From the NCBI RefSeq assembly GCF_018977255.1, contig NW_024704742.1:40984001-41048000 (forward strand): DNA of 64,000 nt, read 5' to 3'. Under the pieces are notes generated by a model. That model did no database searches. It was not told the origin of the DNA and saw only the letters and a program-made list of their open reading frames with translations. Shown piece after piece: positions 14,240 through 26,205 of the stretch. Every line of letters begins with the position of its first letter. The stretch's first letter is position 1. A program made the translations under genes and the position numbers. Origin of the DNA: Callorhinchus milii (Eukaryota).

Positions 14240-14323
14240 CCTGAGGTAGTTGAGGGTGAAGTTTGTTAACCCCATGCGGGTGATGTTTTTGGACAGTTGC
14301 TCCAGCACCTGAGGATCTTGTGC
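14240..14323 (-). CDS. LDB2: LDB2 internal coding exon (exon 5 equivalent): AQDPQVLEQLSKNITRMGLTNFTLNYLR
   Basis: Not in the ORF track in this frame; translated by hand. Acceptor ttcttttcag|, donor AGG|gtaag; 84 nt; phase 0-0; continues exon 4 in frame. Confidence 0.96.
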
Positions 14324-15355
14324 CTGAAAAGAACATGAGGATAGAAAGAATAGCATTTGACAAATCAAGAACACACAACAGGAGGTTCAAACTGTATCAG
14401 CTACAATCCTCTTGAGGGGCATGTAAAAAATAAGTCAGGAATAGATGTTTAAGTACACTGTAGTGCCTTACCAGACAACAACTTGCATTTATATAGCACT
14501 CTTCGAGTAGCACAACATCTTGGACTTGAGCGGTGAGAACAGATCCAAGTAGATGGGGAGGGGCAAAGGGGGAAGATAACCATTGGAGCAGTCGAAGAGG
14601 TGGGTGTTAATAATAATAATAATCTTTGCATTTGATATAGCACCTTATCACATCTTCGAGACGTCTCAAAGCGCATCACAGAATATACTGTAAAGTGAAT
14701 TGACTATATTTTGTGGGCGAAACATTAAGTTATGTTCAAAAGGGATGAGACGGAGGGTTTAATTTAGTTTAATGTAATTAAAATTTAATTTAATTTAGGG
14801 TTTAATGAGATGGAAGCGGGAAGATTGGGGGGTGGGGGTGCCGGGTGTGACAAACCCTTGGTGGCCAGACAGAGGGGGCGCTCGCCAACACAGAACTTAA
14901 TTTAATAAAGAGATCACATTAAATATATATACCCAGTAACCTATCATACATTTGCCTCCTGAGTATGGAAGGGGGGCTGGGGGGGGAGAGTGGGGGGAGG
15001 ATGCATTATATAGCAACATTTTTCCAATCGCCCTGTTGCAACTGTTCTTCTTCATATACTCTGCTTTCTTCTCAGTGCTGCCCACATTCAGAACAGTGTT
15101 TCTCCAGTCAAGCAATGGCAGCAACGATTTACTGACTTCATCAGGAAATTAATGGTTTAATAAACAATGTGGAGAAGCAGCATCATAGCCATCAACAGTC
15201 TGACTAGAGACACCCTTCCATGTCAGGAGGAGAGAGGCCACTCATATGTCTTCTTTCAATGTAATTGAGGAGCTGTAGCCTCTGATGAATTCTCTGCTGT
15301 TTACAAGCTGTTTACAATTCCATTGTTTTCTCACCTTAGTTACATAAAGTCAGAG

Positions 15356-15673
15356 ATAATAATAATAATAATCCTTGCATTTGATATAGCGCTTTTCACA
15401 TCGGGAGGACGTCCCAAAGCGTTTCACAGAACACACTGTAAAGTGAATTGACTGTATATTTGTGGGCGAACGCGGCAGCCAATTGCGCACAGCAATGTCC
15501 CACAAACAGTCATAGATTGAAAATGACCAATTTATTATTGGTTTTTGTTTTGGAGGGATTATTATTAGGTGTGTGGAGTAAGGAAACTTGCCCAAGGTTT
15601 CGCCCTGCCTGGAATTGAACTCAGGTCTCTCGCTTGCAAAGTGAGTGCTCTAACCATTGAGCTACAGGACTCC
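15356..15673 (-). mobile_element. tRNA-Ala-derived SINE, short variant, full length
   Basis: Near-identical reverse complement of the 53743 copy. Confidence 0.9.
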
Positions 15674-16959
15674 GAGATGAAGCTCAACGCACAGTACATC
15701 CTTAAAATAACTTTCAAGAAACAAAATGATCACATTACAAGTCAGCATGGAAATGTTTACAGTCTGGCTACCTCCTGAATCCAATTAGTCAACAACTCTA
15801 CTGAAATGAATATCTGATATTTCTGTTAAGGGTCAGCCTGGCTCAGTTGGTAACACTGTCATCTCTGAGTTAGAAGGTGGTGGATTCAAGACTCATGTTG
15901 GGACTTTGAATTTATATAGACTAAGCTGACACTCCAATGCAATACTGTGGGAAGCTCCCATTGGCTCCATTGAGTTTCATGGGACTGGCTGCCTTGAACT
16001 TGCCTTGGGCTTCTCTCAGTTTGAACTAACAATATTGTGCGGGTCCACAGTAACTTGAGCAATCCTGGCTGGTTTATCAATAAGAGTTGGAAGTATAGGC
16101 ACATCCTCCAATCTAAGCTCTAAAGGGTAGGGTGTTTCAAGCTAGAATACTGCTGTGAAAATCACCCAGGCTCTATCAATCCACAGGAACTCAGCATCAA
16201 CCAGATATTGTACAGGACCTAAATCTTGGGCTTCCTTGCAGGAGTCACACTTTATGCCCTGGGAGCTTCCTCCAGCACTGGGGTTATAATTCTGCTTCTA
16301 TCTTCTGATGATTTCATTTTGAACCACAATAAGGGAAAGTACATTTCAATAGAAATTATCCATCTGGACTTTCCAGCCCTTCCCTCCCCACCACCATATC
16401 AATTTAGCTGTTCAATGAGTACTCATTTACATTACACAATCACAATGTGACTTTCTGCTTGACATCAAGGTCAATTAACATGGGAATAAATCAGAAGAGA
16501 TTGTGTAAAGTCTACTGAGGAAAAAAGGAAGAGAAATCTGGGAGAGCACAACTTTGCTAAAGGAGACTAATTGTGATGTTAACAGTGCAAAGTAAACACC
16601 AGAGAAAACTATAGGTACAGTTCAAGTAGATGCTAAACACTGAACACTAAAAAGCTCTTCCAGCATCATAACAGCAAATGTATTCACTAGAGACATGAAC
16701 TTATCATCCAATCTCTGCCACAGATGTATTTGATATGTTATGGGTAGTATAGCAAGAGTCAGAGAAGATAAATCTGGGGCTTGGGCTTTTGTTAAGGAGA
16801 ATCCCTAAACCCTGGGGTGGTTCTGCAGAACTGGAAGCAGCAAACATACTTAAAATGTGACAAAACTCATCAGAGTTGAGTTCATGCGGGTCAACAATGG
16901 AATTCCCTGGAGGAGACACTTCTTCCATGGCCACCTACGCTGTTATTTTCCGATGAGCA

Positions 16960-18022
16960 ATTTTTAAACCTCAATTAGAGTAATTTTAAGAAGCTAATAG
17001 AATGCTGAGTATATATGTAGTAAGCCGGACCGCGCCTAGGTTACTCTGTGCAGATGTAGTCCACATGGTATAAGAAGGATAGATTGACATAAAAAATATG
17101 CAGCAAAGCTTTAATAGAATTCACATTTATATAGTGCCTTTCACAACCAGAGTATGTCACAAAGCACTACACACAGCTGGCTGGAAATGTGCGAGTGGAG
17201 GGTTGAGTTGAAGAGAGTGATTGGGGGGTTAAAGAAGTTATTCTTAAGGCTTAAGTGTTGATAAGTTAGGATGAAAGGCTAGGTAGACTGTTATTATTTT
17301 CCTCAGCACAGAGGAGGTTAAGAGGTGATTTGATTGAGGCATTTAGATATAATGAAAGGAAAACAGGCTAGATAGTGGGTGAATCTTCCCCTTGGTAGCA
17401 GGATCTACAGGCTTAAAATGAGAACAAGGACAGTTAACATCAAAGTCAGGAAGCATTTCCACACAAAGAGTTTATGAAACTTAGGGATGTTTTACCAACC
17501 AGCCCGCTCCCTCCGCTCAGCCGGCTCTGGCCTGCTCCACATCCCCCGACCCACCCACCCCACCATTGGCAGGAGAGCCTTCAGCCACTCTGCCCACAAC
17601 CTCTGGAATTCTATCCCCCAGTCACTCCGCCTCGCCCCCTCCTTAGCCTCCTTCAAGTCCCGCCTCAAAACCCTCCTCTTTGACCATGCCATCGGTCACC
17701 CCCCTTCCCCTCCCCCCCTCCCTGACCCCAGCTCGGGTCTGAAATGCTGTACACTGTTCAGCGCCTTGGGACGTCCTCTCGATGTGAAAGGCGCTATACA
17801 AATGTAATCTTGTTGTTGTTGTTGTGCCTCAAAAAGCTTTAGAGATGGAATTAATAGAGATGTTTAAAAGAGAGAGAGGTACTTGAGTAGTGGAGGAATT
17901 AAAGGGTATGGGAAAGGAGAGGCATTGGGATGAAAAGATAGACCAAGATCTACTAAACTGGTCAAACAGGCTCAATAGTCTGAAATGGCCTCCTCTTGTT
18001 CCTGTGTTCCTATATTCCTATG
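16960..18022 (+). mobile_element. CR1 LINE 3' portion, degenerate, interrupted by L2 pieces
   Basis: gaagctaatagaatgctg...gaggaggttaagaggtgatttgattgagg...caggaagcattt...tggcctcctcttgttcct(gtgttcct) CR1-like tail. Confidence 0.75.
17497..17824 (+). mobile_element. Young 5'-truncated L2 LINE nested in a CR1 fragment
   Basis: Open frame YQPARSLRSAGSGLLHIPR..TIGRRAFSHSAHNLWNSIPQSLRLAPSLASFKSRLKTLLF (L2 ORF2 end) and (ttg)n tail; CR1 sequence resumes on both sides. Confidence 0.9.
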
Positions 18023-18689
18023 AAAAGGACAAGAGTACTTGAAGTGCAACAACAACTTGCATTTATATAGCATCCTTCACTCAGGTAGCATCAGCGGTGT
18101 GGTTTGGATAACTGGGGATTCAACCTGATGCCAACACCTTGTTGGTGTCAGGTTTGGTGAATCTGAGGGATAGGCAGGGAAGGTTAAGGAATTCAGCACC
18201 TTGGGACGTCCTCCCAACGTGAAAGGCACGATGAAATGCAATTTGTTGTTATTCAGAACTGCAGGTGATAAGATGTTGACAGGAGCCAAGGGTTCTATCT
18301 TGTCCATGTTCAGCTTTAAAGGGATGATCTATGAAATAGATTAGACAAGCTTAACTTAACCTTTATAGTCTGGAAAGAAGACAGTTTGAGCGGAACCTTA
18401 TTGAAGTATGTAAAATAGTTAATGGATGGCATTGATAAGATAAATCTAGACTATTATATTAAAGTAAGTAACAAAACCAGGACCTTAGGACATAAATAGA
18501 AATCTGTGAAGTCACATTTAGCTAATATCAAGAAAGGCACTATACAAGTCAAAGGTGTTGCAGCAAAAGCAGCATGACATTAACTTGATCCTACCAGGGG
18601 GAGCTACCATTTGATTTAATATCAATCAGTCAGAGGATGGTAGAAAAGATTCTAGGTAGAGTACACTTTGGAAATAGCAACCAAAATAT

Positions 18690-19268
18690 GATCGAGGATA
18701 AATACGTGGATTGAAAGTTGATTGCATCACAGGAGGCACTAGATAAATGTCGATGGGGCCACATTGGCATGGATGGAGGTAACTAGCAAGTGCCTTGGGA
18801 ATCAGCACTAGGGCAATGCTATTTACACTGTACATAAATGATTTGAAACAAATCTAAGTTTGCTGCTGACAACAAACTACAGGGAGTTGTAAATAACGGA
18901 ACAGGCTGTCCAGAAATAGAGGGAGTTGATCTGACAAGTGACAAATTCCATTTAATCTGGGGAAATCTAGAGTGGTGCGATTGGAGAATGAGAATAAGTA
19001 ATGGAAGATAAATTGAATTGGTCTACAGGAATCAAAACAGAAGAGGGATTTGGAGAACTGGAGGATTGATCGCTGAAACCGTCAGCACACTGTAAAGAAG
19101 CAGTAAAGAGATCAAGGAGTGTATATCTGAAAGGGATAGAACACAAATGATATGGACCTTCTCCATTGCCTTTACATCACTTACTAGGTATGGTGCCTGG
19201 AAATGGACAGAGTTCTTGAAATGGAGATGCACCAGAGTACGGTATAGTGTCCAAATAAATTCCTTCAA
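18690..19268. mobile_element. CR1 RT fragment: plus-strand 18690-19145 followed by an inverted segment 19150-19268
   Basis: Plus strand: ataaatgatttg...aagtttgctgctgacaacaaa (KFADD-like) ...gggatagaacacaaa (GIEYK-like). Minus strand: KEFIWTLYRTLVHLHFKNSVHFQAPYL..DVKAMEKV, the next CR1 motif (LYxxLVRPHLEYCVQFWSP). Confidence 0.72.
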
Positions 19269-19283
19269 TTTGTAGTCTATTGC

Positions 19284-19846
19284 CAGTACATTGTCTATTG
19301 TCAGTACTATTGTCTATGGTCAGTACTATTGTCTATTGTCAGTACTATTGTCTATTGTCAGTACTATTGTCTATTGTCAGTACATTGTCTATTGTCAGTA
19401 CTATTGTCTATGGTCAGTACTATTGTCTATTGTCAGTACTATTGTCTATTGTCAGTACTATTGTCTATTGTCAGTACATTGTCTATTGTCAGTACTATTG
19501 TCTATGGTCAGTACTATTTTCTATTGTCAGTACTATTGTCTATTGTCAGTACTATTGTCTATTGTCAGTACTACTGTCTATGGTCAGTACTATTGTCTAT
19601 GGTCAGTACTATTGTCTATTGTCAGTACTATTGTCTATTGTCAGTACTATTGTCTATTGTCAGTACATTGTCTATTGTCAGTACTATTGTCTATGGTCAG
19701 TACTATTGTCTATTGTCAGTACTATTGTCTATTGTCAGTACTATTGTCTATTGTCAGTACTATTGTCTATTGTCAGTACTATTGTCTATGGTCAGTACTA
19801 TTGTCTATTGTCAGTACATTGTCTATTGTCAGTATATTGTCTATTG
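19284..19846. repeat. Minisatellite of ~30 units of 18-19 bp (cagtactattgtctattgt) with a 5-unit higher-order period
   Basis: Parsed unit by unit. It accounts for the three overlapping 'ORFs' at 19280-20058. Confidence 0.97.
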
Positions 19847-20095
19847 GGGAGCCAGTGCCTTCAGCATCAAAACTCTGGAACTCCAGCTCAACCCCTCCAT
19901 CTTACCCCCTCCCTCCCTCCCGCTTAAAGACCTTCCTTTATGATCATGCTTACGGTCACCTTCCACCTCCCTCTCTCATTGTCAGACTCCGCCACTGTCA
20001 AGTGCTCCGGGATGCTATCCCAGCATCAAGGGCGCTATATAAATGCAAGTTGTTGTAAAATAAATGCAAGTTGTTGTAAATGCAAGTTGTTGTTG
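19847..20095 (+). mobile_element. L2 3' fragment with a triplicated tail (aaatgcaagttgttgt x3)
   Basis: gccttcagc..ctctggaactcc...aagaccttcctttatga; gcgctatataaatgcaagttgttg. Confidence 0.8.
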
Positions 20096-23000
20096 TACAG
20101 TTAATCTCAGTATTAATGGCCCTGCCAATGATTAGCTCATACTGTTTTTTTAAGGCTTTAAAGTACTGAGTTCAATTCTATATGCCATATTATAGTAGGA
20201 ACATCTTGACATCAGAAAGGGAACAATGAACATCAATTTGAGTTGAAAGCTGCATATACTAGAATTATGAGGAGAGACTAGAGAATATGAGAATGTTCTT
20301 GCTGGAGAAGACTCAGCAAGGTCCCAATGAAGTATTCAATATTCTAAAGGACATTAATGAAGATCTTACTCACAAATAATAATAAGGGGCACACACTCAA
20401 GCTCAGAAAAGGGAAGGTGAACAGACAGTTTATTCTACACAGAAAGTGGTAGACAGATCTCGGAAATGGACTTTGCAAGGAGGGAGTCGAGACAAACTGT
20501 CGTTAAATTCAAATGGATTTTGGATACTTATTTGCAAACAAAGTGAGTGAGGGGTATACGAGACAGAGTGGTGTAGCTTTTTTTTGACAAAAATTGGAAC
20601 TGGCATATCTGCATTTGCATATTTGTCCCAGCGCCTAAGGACATCATCCTGACATGAAAGGCTCTATACAAATGTAATTTTGTATTGTATATTTTTATTG
20701 TGACCCTCACTTCTGGTCAATACCTTACCTATAAGGTTTTCTATAAATGTATCTGACTTTCCTATAAAACTGACTACCACCATCACGGGAAACAAATATT
20801 TGTTTATCAAAGTGGTCTATTCTTCATAAAATGCACAGATCTAAAAAAAAATTCCCTTTCTGTTTTCTTTCTTGCCCTCCCCATTAAAATCCACCTAAAA
20901 CATCTGCACAATATTAAAGAGAAATAGATCAAAGAAGATGGAAAGAGAACAATTGGTTGAACAAAGGTATGTAACAAGCTATTTGAACGCATGAATCACA
21001 ATAAGTACCAAAATGTACAACAATAGCTTGCCTTCCTAACAGTCTGTTTAGCCTGACATTGGTGTCCATTGGTTTGAAGACAAGTTCCACTGGAATGGAC
21101 CTGGTACAATCCACTGGGACGGGTTTTTTCTTGATCATGAATCTCAATTATTCTAGTTCTGATAGCTGCCTGTACGCCATGATTACTGATGCCTTTTCAT
21201 GCTTCGAGACAGGATGCTACAAAAAGTGCACAGCTAGCATTTGCTTGGGAACTCCCAATGTATTGAGCGGATCATTAAAAACTGATGTTGGTGCCATTCT
21301 TGTTACAAAGCAAAACAAGGAGATTCTTTTCAGTTGATTCTTCTACACATCTAATTATTTTTAGTGATGAAAGCCGCCACATTGTTCAGCAATTATTCCC
21401 TGTCCAACCTTCCCCTGTGCATTGAAAATTGGAACCACTGGGGAATGAACCCGGCTGAATGGCAAATTAAGATAAAAATGTGCTCTTGACTTGGAAACCA
21501 AGCAAAATAGCAGGATTTGTGGAGAAAAGGAAACTCTGTCTCTGCTCGTGCAGAAAGAGATTTTTAAAAATTGGCATGAAAATCAAAAATAGCTCTGAAG
21601 TGTACGCTCATTGAACATCTATGTCAACTGGTTTGAAGTTAAAAAGTACGGTGCTTATAAGGGGTTTATAAGTGACTATTTCTGACTTACAAGATTCCTT
21701 AACGAGGAAACCGCAAGTACATCTCATTGTCTCCATTCTGATCCAATCTACTCTAGGAGCAGAGTTCTTGCGCTAACTATATCTTCAAATGAGGTGCCTC
21801 TGGTTAATAATCGGAGTTCCAATGCTGAATCCTTAAGTAAGGAAATATTAGTTCCTTAAGTAACACTGACAAAAGCAAGATGCGGAAAAATTGCTGAGAA
21901 TCCCAATTGAATAACTAAATAAAAACATCTCAATTGAAATCATTGCATATTAGACCCTATTACCAAGTTAATAAGATGTCCATAGAGTTGTTTTATGTTT
22001 AAAATGTTATTACTTTGCACACATTGTATAATATAAACGTTCTAGCGGGCTTCTTGGCAGTATTTAAAGGTTTGCTATGTCCCAATTATAGTTTTGATCC
22101 CAAATACCTCCTAAGATACCTTAGTTCTTGTCTTGCTCTAAGTAGTGAGTGGTACATTTTGAATGTTAATGAACAGCAATCACTGAGGTGCTTTGCCAGA
22201 GCTGTCATTTTGTGTCAGATCTGGTGCTTTGAGACAGGTCAATTGGGCAAGAGGGAGTCTGAGCTGGGCTGGGACTGGAGCCTGAATGGGAATGGGAGAC
22301 AGAGTCTGAGTTGGGGTGGGAGTCGGAATCTAAGTGTGAGCTGAAGCTTGAGCGTGAGTGTGAACACTGCCAGGAAGCCAAGGCAGAGTCTATAATAATA
22401 ATAATCCTTGTGTTATCCTGATGTGAAAGGCGCTATACAAATGTAATTTGGTGTTTTTGTTGCATTTGATGCAATGCTTTTCATGTCAGAAGGACATCTC
22501 AAAGCACTTCACAGGATATAATGTAAAGTGTAGTGACTATTTTGTCGGTGAACATGGCAGCTCAGTTTGTACACAGCAATGTCCTAGCAATAGCTATGAA
22601 GTGAGTGACCACTTTTATTTGAGGGTATATGTGGGAGCCGGAGACTGAGTGGAAACCAGGGCTGGCGTTGGAGTGGGCCCTGGCACAGTGTATAATACAC
22701 AGTAATTACTGAACATCCTTTTCCTTAAAATGTCAGGGTGACCATTATACATCTATTTTGACATGAAACAAATTTTATCAAAACCACAGAAGTTTTGGCC
22801 CAAATCTGGGAGTCAACTGGCTGAGCAAAGGAGGACCACAATCAGCTATAACCAAAAAAGTTGAGAATAATTGCCAAGCAAGGATAGGGTTGTTGTTCTC
22901 TTACTCACATACTAATATCCAACACCGAACAAGTAGACATCTGGCAAGTCCATCTCTGAGTGCAGTGCTCTGGACGCTGCTCTGTGTGAAGGGCTATGTA

Positions 23001-23297
23001 AATGCAAGTTGTTGTTGTTGTAGCAGCATGCATTGAATTCCAGCCTGGGTACAGTTGGCCCATATTCCAAGTTCAAAAAACATATATACTATTGTGTCAA
23101 GCTTAGAAACTAGTGTAAACTCCCAGCTAACACATCCGTGTTGCAACATCTTTAATGTTTTAGTGTTTGTTTATTTTTATTTTGGTGGACTGCAGGGATC
23201 ACACAACTGTGTCTGGACTTTGTGAAGGTCCTTTGTGTCCATTCATTTGGTCCGAGGAAGTGATGGTACCTAGATTCACAATAAAGATGCTACTTAC

Positions 23298-23420
23298 GTG
23301 CATGGCGAGGATGGTGCGCGGAACTAACTCTCGGTACTGCCGGATGGTAAAGTGCCACGTCTTTATTCTCATCAGATCATCAAAGGTAAACTCCAGAATC
23401 AAACGCCCTTCAGTACACAC
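23298..23420 (-). CDS. LDB2: LDB2 internal coding exon (exon 4 equivalent): VCTEGRLILEFTFDDLMRIKTWHFTIRQYRELVPRTILAMH
   Basis: Residues CTEGRLILEFTFDDL and TIRQY are LDB2-type rather than LDB1-type (CVEGRLYLEFMFDDM, SIRQH). Long polypyrimidine tract, then ctgccag| acceptor and CAC|gtaagt donor; 123 nt; phase 0-0. Confidence 0.97.
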
Positions 23421-23752
23421 CTGGCAGGTAGGGCATCACAGAGGAAGGCAAGGAGAACGGAGGAGAGACAGAAGAGAGGGGAAGAGAGACAGAGGGGAAA
23501 GAATAAGAAAATTACAAAAAAAAAATCGTCACTTATACCAACAAAATAAGAACATAAATAAGTGTTCCATTTCACCTTAAAGCGTGACGACCAAGGGTTT
23601 CCTCCCCCAAACTTTGATTAATTGGTTTTGTTTGCACCGTTTCCTTTTCATGTAGTTTTTACAAAGTATCTTTAATACCAGAGGCTTGCAATTAAGAAAA
23701 CATTTGCTGTTTTGCTCAATTCGGGTTACAGTTCTCTGAGCTGTGACATTTT

Positions 23753-23796
23753 ATTGCCATGGTGACGGGAACCAGCTGATTAGTCGGCATAGCAAC
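23753..23796. promoter_or_regulatory. Candidate enhancer motif cluster: RFX X-box, E-box, RFX X-box
   Basis: attgccatggtgac (23753-23766), cagctg (23773-23778) and gtcggcatagcaac (23783-23796), in apparently repeat-free sequence 330 bp from exon 4. Confidence 0.4.
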
Positions 23797-24993
23797 CGGA
23801 AAGATGTAATTCCAGCAGACACATTCTAATCAATGCTCCCAGCGCAGATGGTCTTTAGAGGATCAACAAGAAAGTCTGGCAGACATCAGCCCATCACATG
23901 GCAGCACGAGGCTGTGCCAGGAAACTGGGAACGTTCAATGTGTTTCCCAATCACTGGATCCCCTACGCAAAGTTTGTTGGGGGAAACACATTTCAATTCC
24001 TCTATTTTTAATAAACGTGTTTGCATTCATCAAGCTGAGAGTTGTCAGTACTGGGAATGGAACGTTTCCTCCCATTTCAGATAACCACTGATAGCATCGA
24101 TAGAACGCGCAGCGAAGTTCCCTCTTACTCTTCCTCAACCAGACCAGCTACAATTTGCATTTATATAGTGCCATTCACATGGGGTAGCATCTCAGAGCGC
24201 TTAGCAGTGTCCTTCAGCTCTATCTAATTTTAACAAAAGTTCAGGAGAGCACCCCGGCTCATTTCTTTCCGATCACTGGACTGGGGGACACTGAGACAAT
24301 CTATAGTGCAGTGCAGCCCCAGTACAATGCACTTCTTTGTGGTGCTTGTTTGGTTGCAATGTAATGTAGTCGCTGGGTGGATCCAATTCACTGTGCATGC
24401 ACCTAGCTGGCTTGCTCGCTTCCCGCATGCTGCTAGACTTTCATTCTGGAATGTTTGGGTCATTATATTTGGGACGTGCAAAGCAGCAAGTGATGTTGCA
24501 GTCAACTGATGACCGAGAACTTGGCCAGTTTGGCTTCCTGTGATTTTACCAGCAGTCTAGGTGTGCACTGTAATGTCAGAGCTGTTAAACTGAGATTCCA
24601 GTGTCACTTTTCAGGTAGTCACGAAGATCCAATGTTACTAATCAAAAAGAGAAGAGAATTTTCCCCGGTGTTCTTTGCTAATATTCCACCAGACAAATTG
24701 GCCATTCACCACATGGCTGTTTGTGGGACCTTACTATGTGTAAATAATTGCTGCACTTGCCAAAAAAAGCAGTCAATATACTTGACACTAATCACTGCAA
24801 AAGTACTTTAAGGCATTTTGACATCACAAGGCACTATAAAATGCATGTTCTTTCTTATTAAGTGAGCCACTTCCCTTTACGTAATGGCAAAGGGAAAGTT
24901 ATGCGGTTGCAAGTGCATCAGGGCAGGGAGGTGGTTGGCAGACTTGTTCTCATCACTGGCAGGTACTACTATGCACACTCAGGTTGGTCATCG

Positions 24994-25320
24994 TAATAAT
25001 AATAATCGTTGCATTTGATTTAGCTACTCATCACATCATTGAGATGTCTCAAAGCCCTTCACTGAATATATTGTGAAGTGTTGTGACTGTATATTTTGTG
25101 TGCGAAACGTGACAGACACAGCAATGTCCATCAAATAGTTGTGGATTGAATGACCCAATTTTTTTTTAGGGATTATTACCCCTGGGAAGCGATCCACCAA
25201 TTGACTGATAACTGCTCAGCAAACAGAGGCTTGTGGAATAAGGAAACTTGCCTAATGTTTTGTCCGGCCCAGGAATCGAAACCAGGTCCTCTCGCTTACG
25301 AGGCGAGGGCACTAACCACC
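24994..25320 (-). mobile_element. tRNA-Ala-derived SINE, long variant, in the intron between exons 3 and 4
   Basis: Reverse complement of the family consensus; head slightly truncated. Confidence 0.85.
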
Positions 25321-26205
25321 TTGGGAGTGTTTCTTTAAATATTTCCCCAAATGCCATTATAAATACATTATAAGGAGATAAGCTTCACAGCAGCCCTTTG
25401 CTTAGAACCTAGGAATTAGGTTCCTTGGGAAATCAATCCCGCCCACAAAGAGAAGGGGGAGAGAGAATCCATTTAAGAAACAAAATGGATACTGCTTCCG
25501 ATTCTCAACTGGCGGAGGTGACATCCAGCTCGATTGGCTGGAGTGAGAGTGGCAGAAGGATAAAAAGCACTATCTTTAAATTCAATCCAAAGCTTGCTTC
25601 TCAATAGCACAGAACGTAAATGGATTTAAATATGAATTTTCCTGGAGCTAGCTGCTGAGGCTCCGTATTGCCGATTTCAGCAATTTAAAGCCTTGCTCGG
25701 TGGTGGGGTGCTGTTTGCAACTTCAATGCTCTGTGCAGCTTTCAATATACACAGACCTTTCATTTAAAAAAAACTTGCGGCGACTCCATGTGATGAAAAC
25801 ATTGTCAGAGCAATACTCAGAAATAAATAAAAAATTTTGACTCAAAGGAGAAACTGAACCCGCAGCAGTTTACTGGGTTTTCAAAGCTAATACTTAAATC
25901 TGCTGCAATTCTGAATGAAACAAAAATATTGTATATTATGCAAATTATATGATATTGGCCAAAATTCCTCCTTCACTCAAAATTCATTAAAATAAAGATT
26001 ATATTGACTTATTCATCTATTTTTGAGCATTTTTTCTGGTGCAGATTATTGGAGGTATCAGTTTGTGTGTAATGGAATATATCACATTGGCTCAGTTGGT
26101 AGCAATCTCACCTCAGTAGTTTTTTGGTTCAAATTGATTATTCTCGTTCCTAAGTTCCTATCTCAGCTTTTCCTGTTTTTCCTGTATTTGCTTCCTGGCT
26201 CTTAC

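Noticed and set aside
14968..15000. G-quadruplex-like G tracts (also ~37897-37915 and 50741-50761)
   Set aside because: Simple G-runs are common, and nothing in the sequence supports a function.
19280..20058. Three overlapping 204-255 aa Cys/Tyr-rich ORFs, or a CRISPR-like array
   Set aside because: Artefact of a stop-free 19-bp tandem repeat; there are no unique spacers and the context is eukaryotic.
23298..23420. Calling the gene LDB1
   Set aside because: Diagnostic residues across all three exons (FSTIFEGGVTDLYY, CTEGRLILEFTF, TRMGLTNFTLNYLR) match LDB2.
23167..23580. 137-aa plus-strand ORF overlapping exon 4
   Set aside because: Antisense shadow of the LDB2 exon and its polypyrimidine tract.
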